Of a stretch of DNA of 32,000 bases, positions 20,288-29,774 are shown piece by piece. The stretch is from Bacillus subtilis subsp. subtilis str. 168 (GTDB lineage Bacteria; Bacillota; Bacilli; Bacillales; Bacillaceae). A program made the position numbers and the translations under genes. The stretch is taken from NCBI RefSeq assembly GCF_000009045.1, contig NC_000964.3:2520001-2552000 (forward strand). The letters are read 5' to 3'. How positions within the stretch are numbered: position 1 is the first letter of the stretch; the number at the start of each line of letters is the position of its first letter. The notes beneath the pieces are model-generated. The model did no database searches. It had not been told where the DNA came from and saw only the letters and a list, made by a program, of their open reading frames with translations.

Positions 20288-20824
20288 CTATTCTCTATGC
20301 ATTCCCAGCGCACGTGCAAGCTTTTCCGAATTCAGCTCATTGTATTCAAATGAAATAGAATACCCGACAAACAGCCCGTAAAGCAAATAAATGCAAATGG
20401 TCGTAATAATTGTATCTGATGTCAGTTCGGTCACCGTGCGCACATCTGGAAAAATCGGATTAAAAACAAAAAACACGAGCAGCCAAAGCACCAAGCCGTA
20501 TAAAATACCCGGCCACATTGTTTTTAAACGTTTCAATAGAAGAAAATAAAGAAATGCTGCGCCAATTGAAATTACTCCAATCAAAATGATGCTGATTACC
20601 GTTCCCAGCCCATGTTTTTTCCACTCTCCGAGTACAAACGGCTGCAATATCATATTCGGGCTGATTTCGGAAAAATGAAACAAATATGCGATATAAGCAA
20701 CGAAACTCCAAAGTACGCCTCCGCAAAAACCTGTTGCCGCCACCCTGCCGGCCATTGAAACAGGCGGCTTTTGCTTCTCATTCAATTCTTCATTTTGTTC
20801 TGTATCTTTTTCGCTTGTCATCAT
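20288..20824 (-). CDS. yqhR: Conserved integral membrane protein YqhR
   Basis: Track ORF 20288..20878. GGAGG lies just before ATG ATG at 20824, giving a 178 aa protein MMTSEKDTEQNEELNEKQ with several TM segments. Confidence 0.88.
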   Translation of the reverse strand: MMTSEKDTEQNEELNEKQKPPVSMAGRVAATGFCGGVLWSFVAYIAYLFHFSEISPNMILQPFVLGEWKKHGLGTVISIILIGVISIGAAFLYFLLLKRLKTMWPGILYGLVLWLLVFFVFNPIFPDVRTVTELTSDTIITTICIYLLYGLFVGYSISFEYNELNSEKLARALGMHRE

Positions 20825-21050
20825 GGCACCTCCAGTTAAAGTGTGCCCAAAAAATGAAATGTCAATAAAAAAGCTCACACTTTTTGGCAGCTGCGAGTAA
20901 AATTTGAAAATAACGGGTATAATGCATGTAGAAAAAGCAAGGCTATGGCAATTTTTTCAGCCTGTCAATCTAGAGGTTTAGCGCTGTTTCCTGTACAATA
21001 GAGTGAAAGGAAATGGTTAGCAATCCTAAAGAAATAGGCAGGTTGATAAT

Positions 21051-22007
21051 ATGTCAAAACATAAAGTTCCGCCCGCTTACGGCGGGCAGGCTGTTGTGGA
21101 AGGCGTTATGTTTGGCGGAAAGCATCATTACGTTACAGCCATCAGAAGAACGGATGGAAGCATTGACTTTTTTAAGCTTCCACGCAAACACAACCCGAAA
21201 CTGAACATCGTGAAAAAGATACCGTTTTTACGGGGGATCGCGGCCATTATCGAAGCGAGTGCAAACGGCACAAAGCATTTGAATTTTTCAAGCGAACGTT
21301 ACGGGCTCGATCCATCTGAAGACGAGACACTTGAGCAGGAAGAAAAAAAATCCTCTGGGCTGTCTATGTATCTCAGCCTCGCAGTTATAGGCGTCCTATC
21401 ATTTTTGTTCAGTAAATTCGTATTTACATTGGTTCCAGTTTTCTTAGCGGAACTGACAAGGCCGATTTTTTCCTTGAACACAGCGCAAATCGCGATTGAA
21501 AGCCTGTTTAAGTTGATTTTGCTGCTCGGTTACATCTATTTTTTGTCCATGACACCGCTTATTAAAAGAGTGTTTCAATATCATGGAGCCGAACATAAAG
21601 TCATAAACTGTTATGAACAGAATTTGCCAATTACTGTGGAGAATGTCCAAAACCAATCTCGGCTTCATTACCGCTGCGGATCAAGCTTTATTTTATTTAC
21701 GATTATTGTCGGCATGTTTGTTTATTTACTCGTTCCGACAGATCCGCTTTGGCTGCGTGTTATAGATCGTGTCGCACTGATACCGGTCGTGCTTGGTATA
21801 TCCTTTGAAGTTCTGCAGCTGACAAACAAAGTGCGTGACATTCCCGGTCTGAAATTACTTGGGTACCCGGGACTTTGGCTTCAGCTGTTAACCACAAAGG
21901 AACCTAAGGATGAACAGGTTGAAGTTGCCATCGAAAGCTTTAACGAACTTCTCAGACTCGAAGCATTGTCTGAGCAAAATCAGAAGCCTTCTCACAACGT
22001 CATCTAA
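21051..22007 (+). CDS. yqhQ: Conserved membrane protein YqhQ (DUF1385)
   Basis: 318 aa ORF with YGGQAVVEGVMFGGKHHY and FQYHGAEHKVINCYE...HYRCGSSFI, characteristic DUF1385 motifs. Confidence 0.93.
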   Translation: MSKHKVPPAYGGQAVVEGVMFGGKHHYVTAIRRTDGSIDFFKLPRKHNPKLNIVKKIPFLRGIAAIIEASANGTKHLNFSSERYGLDPSEDETLEQEEKKSSGLSMYLSLAVIGVLSFLFSKFVFTLVPVFLAELTRPIFSLNTAQIAIESLFKLILLLGYIYFLSMTPLIKRVFQYHGAEHKVINCYEQNLPITVENVQNQSRLHYRCGSSFILFTIIVGMFVYLLVPTDPLWLRVIDRVALIPVVLGISFEVLQLTNKVRDIPGLKLLGYPGLWLQLLTTKEPKDEQVEVAIESFNELLRLEALSEQNQKPSHNVI

Positions 22008-22046
22008 AATCCGTTGCCCTGCTATTACTTTCGGAGGTGGACAGTT

Positions 22047-22442
22047 ATGAATCATCGTGTACAACCTATTATTGCTGTATTAATTGCGCTGGGAGCGTTC
22101 GGTTTCCTCTATGTGCTGGTAACCAATCCCGGAGAAATGGCAAAAATGGCGGTAACCGTCATCGTGGCAGGTATCATTATTTATTTTATTGTGAAATATG
22201 TAATGAATCGAAATGCGGGCAGCGAAGGAGCAGCCTTCAAAAAAGCGGCGAAACAATCACGGCGCCGGATGAAAGAACAAAAAGCAAAACACCGCGCCGG
22301 ACATAAGGGACGTGTCAGCCACCTGCGAAGCGTTCCGAGCGCCAGCAAGCCTAAGCCGATGATTCTCAAGAAAAAAAGCCAGACTCAGCTGACTGTTATA
22401 GAAGGGAAAAAAAATAAAAAGAAAAACAGAGCGCTTTTTTAA
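22047..22442 (+). CDS. yqhP: Small membrane protein YqhP with a highly basic tail
   Basis: Track ORF 22014..22442. GGAGG precedes ATG at 22047, giving MNHRVQPIIAVLIALGAFGFLYVLVTNPGEMAKMAVTVIVAG (131 aa). Confidence 0.85.
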   Translation: MNHRVQPIIAVLIALGAFGFLYVLVTNPGEMAKMAVTVIVAGIIIYFIVKYVMNRNAGSEGAAFKKAAKQSRRRMKEQKAKHRAGHKGRVSHLRSVPSASKPKPMILKKKSQTQLTVIEGKKNKKKNRALF

Positions 22443-23314
22443 TAGGTCCACTGCTTTAAAAACAGCTCTGTCCGTCTTTTACCTAGCTCAATCAGGGCTA
22501 GTTTTTTTTGTTGTGTTAAATGAAAATCAGTGGCCATTACGTCATCAACAGGGAGAAAAATGATATTTTGTTCATAGCGTGACGCAATGTGCCTTGCGTC
22601 ATGAGCATCCTTCATCGTTTCAAACAGGGCGCCGAACAGTTCAAAAGCGTTGCGGATATTTTTTTTCGGACGCTCTCTTTCACGCGGCGCAAGCGTGACA
22701 CCGATCACAGGGCGCTTTCTTTCCTTTGAAAACAGCCAGATTGGAAAATTGCTTAACACGCCTCCGTCGACAACCGTGGCGGTGCCTGTGTCCGTTTTTA
22801 ATTTTATCGGTTCAAAGAAATACGGAATGCTGCAGCTCATTCTGACCGCTCTGGCAACCGGGAACATATCTGGATTTAACCCGTAACGGGCCAAATCGTC
22901 CGGCAAAACAATCATGGTGCCGTTTGTCAGATCAGAAGCAATAAGGCGCAGAGACCCTTTCTGCAAATCGCCGAAAACCCTTATGCCTTTCGCTCTTAAC
23001 AGATCAGCAATCCATTTTTCTATCGTATCGCCTTTGTATAAGCCAAGACGCCAGTAGATGGACACCCACTGGAGCATCTTTAAGGGGAGAAATGAGTACC
23101 TCTGATCCAGCAATTTCTCTCCGTCCACTTCTTCAATTAAAGCGTGGATTTCCTTACTGGTGTAACCTGACGCAATGAAAGCGGCAATAATGGCGCCGGC
23201 GCTTGTACCCGCAACTCTTTTAAAGCGGAAGCCTTTTTCCTCAAGCACTTCATAAGCGCCTGCGAGCGCAATGCCTTTTACTCCTCCGCCGGAAAACACA
23301 CCGTCAATATACAT
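22439..23314 (-). CDS. yqhO: Patatin-like phospholipase family protein YqhO
   Basis: 291 aa ORF with glycine-rich GGGVKGIALAG, nucleophile elbow GTSAG and DGG motif (VVDGGVLSNFP). Confidence 0.93.
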   Translation of the reverse strand: MYIDGVFSGGGVKGIALAGAYEVLEEKGFRFKRVAGTSAGAIIAAFIASGYTSKEIHALIEEVDGEKLLDQRYSFLPLKMLQWVSIYWRLGLYKGDTIEKWIADLLRAKGIRVFGDLQKGSLRLIASDLTNGTMIVLPDDLARYGLNPDMFPVARAVRMSCSIPYFFEPIKLKTDTGTATVVDGGVLSNFPIWLFSKERKRPVIGVTLAPRERERPKKNIRNAFELFGALFETMKDAHDARHIASRYEQNIIFLPVDDVMATDFHLTQQKKLALIELGKRRTELFLKQWTY

Positions 23315-23408
23315 CTCATTCCCTCCCCCTCCATCCGATCGTTTATTACCATTTTAAGAAAACACGCGAAGAAATAGACCAACGAATGACGGGTGGCGTC
23401 AGCGTATC

Positions 23409-23441
23409 AAAAAAGACGGCCTCCTTCGAGACCGCCTTTTT
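23409..23441. terminator. Bidirectional-looking hairpin/terminator at the mntR 3' end
   Basis: AAAAAGACGGcctccttcgagaCCGCCTTTTT: stem flanked by A-run and T-run. Overlaps the mntR stop codon. Confidence 0.75.
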
Positions 23442-23868
23442 ACTGATTATGATGTTCTGTTTTCTTTTGGATTGATTTCAGATCTTTTTTACGGGCATCA
23501 TCTTCTTCAAAATATTGAACAAGATCCCCGATGCGATCAATACTGTTCCAGCTTAAATGATGTTCGATTCCTTCGACATCGTTATATATTTTCTCTTCAT
23601 CAACACCAATGATTCTTAAAAACTGCTCAAGCAATTCATGTCTGTATACCAGCCGTTTGCCTATTTTTTTCCCTTTAGACGTTAACACGAGACCGCGATA
23701 TTTTTCATAAATTAAATATTCGTCTTTATCTAGTTTTTGAACCATTTTTGTTACAGAGGAGGGATGGACTGCCAATGCTTCCGCGATATCGGAAACTCGT
23801 GCATATCCTTTTTCTTCAATCAGCATATAAATCTGTTCAATATAATCTTCCATACTTGGTGTTGTCAT
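23440..23868 (-). CDS. mntR: Manganese transport regulator MntR (DtxR family)
   Basis: Track ORF 23440..23907. The known protein starts [47 protein letters not shown] (142 aa), start 23868. Confidence 0.96.
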   Translation of the reverse strand: MTTPSMEDYIEQIYMLIEEKGYARVSDIAEALAVHPSSVTKMVQKLDKDEYLIYEKYRGLVLTSKGKKIGKRLVYRHELLEQFLRIIGVDEEKIYNDVEGIEHHLSWNSIDRIGDLVQYFEEDDARKKDLKSIQKKTEHHNQ

Positions 23869-23967
23869 CGAAACCCTCCCAAAAAGCACCTTAACTTTAT
23901 AAACCATTACAAGTTTACACTAATGAACTTGAAAAAACAAGGATGCTCCGCGGGTCAAAAGCCCTGT

Positions 23968-24804
23968 TTACCGCTTATAATTCCATTCATCTGAAGCGTA
24001 CTTTGTTTCAGCCAAGTGATGAACAAAATCAAGCTCTTCCTGAGAAAGTTCATATGGCTCCAAATGAATGTTAAGACCTGTTTCAAATCCTTCTTTAAAG
24101 GCTTTACGAGCCTCATCCATCGTCACCCGCTTTTCGATGAGTTCATTAATGGCAACCGCTTTATTTTTGAAATTGCGCTGCATCCGCTCTCTTACTCTTT
24201 CACTTGGATATAAGAACAGATCGAACAGCTTGTCCTCATCTAAATCAAGAAGAATGGAGCCATGCTGAAGAATCACACCTTTTTGTCTCGTTTGCGCGCT
24301 TCCCGCCACCTTGCGCCCCTCAACCACTAGTTCATACCACGAAGGCGCGTCAAAACAAACAGATGACCGCGGATTTTTTAAGCTTTCTTTTTCTTTTTCA
24401 GTTCTCGGGATGGCAAAGTAAGCGTCCAGACCGAGATTTCTAAAGCCTTGAAGTATGCCTTCTGAAATAACCCGGTAAGCCTCAGTAACAGTCGCCGGCA
24501 TCTCGGGGTGCTCTTCCGAAACAATTACGCTGTATGTCAGTTCCTGATCGTGCAGCACACCTCTCCCGCCGGTCGGGCGTCTGACGAATCCGAGATTATA
24601 TTTATGTACTGCTTCAAAATTGATTTCCTTTTTAATATTTTGAAAATACCCTACAGAAAGTGTCGCCGGATTCCAGCCGTAAAAACGGATAACCGGGGGG
24701 ATTTTCTTTTCGCTGTGCCAATATAAAAGCGCTTCATCAAGCGCCATATTGAATGCAGGACTTGCATTGCCTGAGTCTATAAACCGCCAAGTTTCTTTTT
24801 GCAT
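23968..24804 (-). CDS. lipM: Octanoyltransferase LipM (lipoate biosynthesis)
   Basis: 278 aa ORF (yqhM) [27 protein letters not shown] with biotin/lipoate protein ligase-type [13 protein letters not shown]-like motif and [14 protein letters not shown]. Confidence 0.95.
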   Translation of the reverse strand: MQKETWRFIDSGNASPAFNMALDEALLYWHSEKKIPPVIRFYGWNPATLSVGYFQNIKKEINFEAVHKYNLGFVRRPTGGRGVLHDQELTYSVIVSEEHPEMPATVTEAYRVISEGILQGFRNLGLDAYFAIPRTEKEKESLKNPRSSVCFDAPSWYELVVEGRKVAGSAQTRQKGVILQHGSILLDLDEDKLFDLFLYPSERVRERMQRNFKNKAVAINELIEKRVTMDEARKAFKEGFETGLNIHLEPYELSQEELDFVHHLAETKYASDEWNYKR

Positions 24805-24885
24805 TTTAAGACCTTCCTTACCGTTTTAATAGAATCAGTTTATCAAACTGTCGGGAAAATGAAAAATATTTTAGTTCCATTATAG

Positions 24886-24914
24886 ATGACAATCACGCTG
24901 TGCTTTACTATAAT
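24886..24914 (+). promoter_or_regulatory. Sigma-A type promoter for yqhL
   Basis: ATGACA (24886-24891), 17 nt spacer, TATAAT (24909-24914). Confidence 0.65.
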
Positions 24915-24994
24915 AGTATTTGTCGAAAACGGCTCTATGACCTTGTTTTATGAAGCAGGGTTTTGATTTTATATGCTAAAGGAGTAGAATCACA

Positions 24995-25375
24995 TTGTCT
25001 AATATGATCGTTTTGATTATTTTTGCTGCATTTATCATCTATATGATTGCTTCATATGTCTATCAGCAGCGAATTATGAAAACACTTACCGAAGAAGAAT
25101 TCCGCGCGGGTTACCGCAAAGCGCAGCTTATTGATGTTCGTGAGCCAAATGAGTTTGAGGGCGGACATATTTTAGGCGCCCGCAACATCCCGCTTTCCCA
25201 GCTGAAACAGAGAAAAAATGAGATCCGTACGGACAAGCCTGTTTACCTGTACTGCCAAAACAGTGTCCGCAGCGGACGCGCGGCACAAACCCTGCGCAAA
25301 AACGGCTGCACTGAGATTTACAACCTAAAAGGCGGCTTTAAAAAATGGGGCGGAAAGATTAAAGCGAAGAAATAA
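24995..25375 (+). CDS. yqhL: Membrane-anchored rhodanese-like protein YqhL
   Basis: 126 aa ORF: N-terminal TM then rhodanese domain (LIDVREPNEFEGGHILGARNIPLSQL...YLYCQNSVRSGRAAQTL). TTG start with AAAGGAG upstream. Confidence 0.92.
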   Translation: MSNMIVLIIFAAFIIYMIASYVYQQRIMKTLTEEEFRAGYRKAQLIDVREPNEFEGGHILGARNIPLSQLKQRKNEIRTDKPVYLYCQNSVRSGRAAQTLRKNGCTEIYNLKGGFKKWGGKIKAKK

Positions 25376-25378
25376 AGC

Positions 25379-25408
25379 AAACAGCTGTCTGGTAGACAGC
25401 TGTTTTTA
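25379..25408. terminator. Terminator between convergent yqhL and gcvPB
   Basis: AAACAGCTGTCTggtAGACAGCTGTTTTTATT: perfect inverted repeat with T-run on the + strand. Confidence 0.88.
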
Positions 25409-25409
25409 T

Positions 25410-26876
25410 TTATCTTTCTTCCGCCTCGTATCTGAGCACTGGGTGTCTCGCCGCTTTTGTTTCATCCATTCTTTTTACAATCGTTGTATGCGGGGCCTCC
25501 TGAACAAGCTCCGGATTCTCCTCCGCTTCTTTTGCGATTTGAATCATAGCATCAATAAACGCGTCCAGTGTTTCCTTTGATTCGGTCTCTGTCGGCTCGA
25601 TCATGATGCATTCTTCAACATTAAGCGGGAAATAAATCGTCGGCGGATGATAGCCGAAATCAAGGAGCCGTTTTGCAATATCAAGCGTACGCACTCCCAG
25701 CTTTTTCTGCCGCTTCCCTGATAATACAAATTCATGCTTGCAATGGCGGTCAAACGGAAGATCGTAATAAGGCGCGAGTTTTCTCATCATATAATTGGCG
25801 TTTAACACTGCGTTCTCAGTAACAGCCTTTAATCCGTCAGGCCCCATGGAGCGAATATACGTATACGCTCTCACATTAATGCCAAAGTTGCCGTAATACG
25901 GCTTCACACGGCCGATCGCATGAGGGCGGTCATAATCAAACGTAAAGCGCCCTTCTTTTTTGACTAAAACTGGCTTTGGCAAATAAGGAATCAGATCTTG
26001 TTTTACGCCGACAGGGCCTGAGCCGGGGCCTCCGCCGCCATGAGGGCCTGTGAATGTTTTATGCAGGTTGAGGTGCACCACGTCAAATCCCATATCACCA
26101 GGTCTCGCCTTGCTTAAAACGGCATTTAAATTAGCGCCGTCATAATACAGTTTCCCCCCCGCTTGGTGTACAATTTCCGCCATCTCTGTAATCTGCTCCT
26201 CAAACAAGCCGAGCGTGTTCGGATTCGTCAGCATAAGAGCTGCAGTTTCTTCATTCACTGCTCTTTTTAAATCCTCTAAATCAACAAGCCCTTTTTCATT
26301 CGATTTCACCGTAACGGTTTCAAAGCCTGCTACTGTTGCTGATGCAGGATTCGTCCCATGCGCGGAATCAGGGACAATGACCTTCGTCCGCTTGAAATCC
26401 CCGCGAGCTTCATGATAGGCACGGATCATCATCAGCCCCGTCCATTCGCCGTGCGCTCCGGCAGCAGGCTGAAGCGTAACCTCATCCATTCCCGTTATTT
26501 CTTCAAGGTGTTTGCTTAAATCATATAAAAGCTCTAATGCGCCTTGCACCGTGTCTTCATCCTGAAGAGGATGAATCGCAGCAAAACCAGGAATACGTGC
26601 GATTTTTTCATTGATTTTCGGATTATATTTCATCGTGCAAGAACCGAGAGGATAAAAACCGGAATCCACCCCGTGATTGCGTTTGGACAGCGCTGTATAA
26701 TGGCGCATGATGTCCAGCTCTGAAACCTCCGGCAGCGCTGCGTCTTCGTCACGAATATAGGTGTCTGACAAGAGGTCCCCCAATTCGATTTCCGGTACAT
26801 CGAGCTCCGGCAGACTATAGCCGATTCGGCCTTCTCTTGAAAGTTCAAAAATAAGTGCCTGGTCCTGATTACTCAT
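25410..26876 (-). CDS. gcvPB: Glycine dehydrogenase (decarboxylating) subunit 2
   Basis: Track ORF 25410..26909. Expected start [23 protein letters not shown] (488 aa), 26876. PLP-lysine motif [16 protein letters not shown]. Confidence 0.95.
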
Positions 26877-28215
26877 GGCGATCCCCCAATTCCTGAATGA
26901 GTGCGTCAATTTCTTCTTTTGTTCTCAGCTCTGTTACAGCAATCAGCATATGGCAGTCCAGCTCTGGATACGTCAACCCAAGATCATATCCGCCAATCAT
27001 GCCTTTTGCCAGCAAACGCTTGTTCACAGCTCTCACCGGCTCATCCAGTTTGATGACAAATTCATTAAACATCGGCCCGTCAAACATAACAGTAAGGCCT
27101 GCTTTTTTTGCTTCTTGCTTTGCATAGTTGGCTTTTAAGAGATTTTGGCGGGCTATATCTTTTACGCCGTTTTTTCCGAGAGCAGTCATGGCCACTGATG
27201 CTGCCAGCGCATTTAAAGCTTGGTTCGAGCATATATTTGATGTTGCTTTATCCCGGCGGATATGCTGCTCCCTGGCTTGCAGGGTAAGCACAAAGCCTCT
27301 TTTTCCGTTTTCGTCTTCCGTTTGTCCGACGAGACGGCCCGGCACCTTTCTCATTAATTTTTTAGTAACGGCAAAAAAGCCGCAATGCGGGCCGCCGTAT
27401 GCTGAAGGAATGCCGAAAGGCTGCGCATCACCGACGACGATATCAGACTGAAACTTGCCCGGCGGAGTGAGAAGACCTAGCGCCAGCGGGTTGGCTGAAA
27501 CAATAAACATGGATTTCCCTTGATGAGCGATAGGCTCAATATCCTTTAGCGGCTCGATCCTGCCGAAAAAATTCGGGTACTGAACGATCACTGCGGCTGT
27601 GTTCTCGCAAACGGTTTGGCGCAATGCATCAAGATCCGTAACGCCATCCGCAGCGGGTACTTCAACAACATCAATATACTGACCTTTTGCGTAAGTTTTC
27701 AGCACCTCTCGCGATTCAGGATGCACGGTTTTTGACACAACAATTTTTTTCTTTTTCGTGTGGCCTGAAGCAAGCATTGCTGCTTCTGCCAAGGCTGTTC
27801 CGCCGTCATACATCGAGGAGTTGGCGATATCCATGCCTGTCAGTTCACAGATCATCGTTTGGAATTCAAAAATAGCCTGGAGCTCTCCTTGTGAAATCTC
27901 TGGCTGATAAGGCGTATATGCGGTATAAAACTCAGAGCGCGAAATGACATGATCCACAATGACAGGCTGATAGTGGTCATATACACCCGCTCCTAAGAAA
28001 GAAGCGTATTGTACGGTATCACGATTTTTAGAGGCCAGCTTTGTCAGTTCTCTTGTTAATTCTGTCTCTGATTTCGCTTTTTTGATTTGATGCTCTTTTT
28101 TATATTTGACGTTTTCCGGTATATCAGCAAATAAATCATCGATGCTGCTTACGCCGATAGTAGCAAGCATCTCCTGTTTATCCTTTTCTGTTGCGGGCAA
28201 ATAACGGTGCTTCAT
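26869..28215 (-). CDS. gcvPA: Glycine dehydrogenase (decarboxylating) subunit 1
   Basis: 448 aa [36 protein letters not shown], GcvP N-terminal half. Overlaps the gcvPB start. Confidence 0.97.
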
Positions 28216-28244
28216 GTGTTGTCTCCTCTCTCCAAGAAAAAATA

Positions 28245-29333
28245 TTAGCGTTTATAAAATGGTGTTTTGACAACCTTTGCTTTCACTAATTTTTTGCGTA
28301 TCTCTACATCTACAACAGTCCCGATCTCACTCGTTTCCGAATCAATTAAGGCAAGGCCGACGTTTTTTCCTAATGTCGGTGACTGCGTGCCGGTTGTCAC
28401 CTTTCCGACAGACTTGCCATTTTGGAAAACCTCATATCCGTGCCGCGGTATCCCTTTTTCAATCATTTCGAGACCGACAAGTTTGCGCTTCGCTCCGTTT
28501 TCTTTTTGTTCACTCAATACTGACTTACCGAAAAAGTCAGACTCCTTTTTGTGCTTTACAGCAAAGCCTATACCTGCTTCAATCGGTGTAATATCCCGGG
28601 TCAGCTCCTGACCGTAGAGCGGGAGCTTCGCTTCAAACCGGAGTGTATCACGTGCACCGAGACCGCATGGAATCAATCCGTATGCATCCCCTGCATCGAT
28701 GATTTTTTTCCAAATATGCATAGCATCATCACTGCGGCAGTAAATTTCATACCCGTCTTCTCCCGTATAGCCAGTGCGTGAAATAAGTGCTTTGCGGCCG
28801 CTGATATCGGCTTCATCAATAAACGCAAACGGCTTTAATGCAGACACATCCGCATCTGTCAGATTTTTTAAGATCGCTTCTGCTTTCGGTCCCTGTACAG
28901 CCAAGAGCGCGATTTGATCTGACTGATTGTCAATCTGCACATCACCTGCTGCATGTTCTTTCATCCAAGCCAAGTCTTTATCTATATTAGAAGCATTAAT
29001 GACAAGCAGATAGCGGTTCTCTCCTTTTTGATAGATAAGCAAATCATCGACGGTTCCGCCATCCGGGTAACACATCGCTGTATATTGAGCACGGCCTGGC
29101 GTTAACGCGGAAACATCATTTGTCATCAATCTTTGCAAAAAAGACAGACTGTCGTTCCCTGACACTTCGACTTCTCCCATATGAGATACATCAAACAAAC
29201 CGGCTGCAGTTCGGACAGCCTCGTGTTCTTTTTTTATAGAAGAAAATTGAACAGGAAGCTCCCAGCCTCCGAAATCAATCGTTTTTCCTCCATATTCCTT
29301 ATACAGGTCAAATAACGGCGTTCTTTTCAGCAT
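28245..29333 (-). CDS. gcvT: Aminomethyltransferase (glycine cleavage T protein)
   Basis: 362 aa [58 protein letters not shown]. Confidence 0.98.
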
Positions 29334-29375
29334 CTAATTCCTCCCCTTTATCAACGGCGCAGCTAAAAAACATAC

Positions 29376-29422
29376 AAAAAAGGACAGAGAAACACCTCAT
29401 GTAAAATGAAGGTTCTCTGTCC
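29376..29422 (-). terminator. Expression-platform terminator of the glycine riboswitch
   Basis: Minus strand AGGACAGAGAACCttcattttacatgaggtGTTTCTCTGTCCTTTTTTG: long stem then T-run, directly after the aptamers. Confidence 0.88.
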
Positions 29423-29423
29423 T

Positions 29424-29625
29424 GGCACCTGAAAGTTTACTTTGCATACGCAAAGACGTCCCCTTTGGTGGTTTGCGCATCCGCACAAACACTCTCCAGA
29501 GTTGCGTCGAGCAAGAGTTCTTTTGCCTGAGAGATTCACTCCGCAGTTTGCTCCTTCGGCGCCTGTATCCCGAGGTTTTCGGTCAGGTCTCTCCCCTTGC
29601 TGTCATTCGCTCATATTTTCATGCT
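29424..29625 (-). promoter_or_regulatory. Tandem glycine riboswitch (two aptamers) controlling gcvT-gcvPA-gcvPB
   Basis: Minus strand contains AAGGGGAGAGACCTGACCGAAAACCTCGGGATACAGGCGCCGAAGGAGCAAACTGCGGAGTGAATCTCTCAGGCAAAAGAACTCTTGCTCGACGCAACTCTGGAGAG...ACCACCAAAGGGGACG, the canonical type-I/II glycine aptamer pair. It lies in front of the glycine cleavage operon. Confidence 0.95.
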
Positions 29626-29774
29626 GTTATGGACATACTATAGCAATATCTTACATCAAATACATACTCATATCCTACCATCATCACTATATGCTGGGCA
29701 ACAGCAATTTGGGCAGATTTTTCTTATATTATTCATCTTAAGAATCGAAGAATAAGAAAGGCGGTTTCAAAGCA

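Noticed and set aside
26869-26909. Split glycine dehydrogenase (gcvPA/gcvPB) as a possible frameshifted single gene
   Set aside because: Two-subunit P-protein is the normal arrangement in Bacillus. Both ORFs have proper starts and overlap by only a few nucleotides.
24016-28781. + strand ORFs opposite lipM, gcvPB, gcvPA and gcvT (e.g. 28267..28611, 27128..27451)
   Set aside because: Antisense shadows of conserved glycine cleavage and lipoate genes with no independent RBS or domain support.
29442-29741. 99 aa + strand ORF MHTQRRPLWWFAHPHKHSPELRR...
   Set aside because: It is the reverse strand of the tandem glycine riboswitch and gcvT promoter region. The open frame is explained by structured RNA composition.
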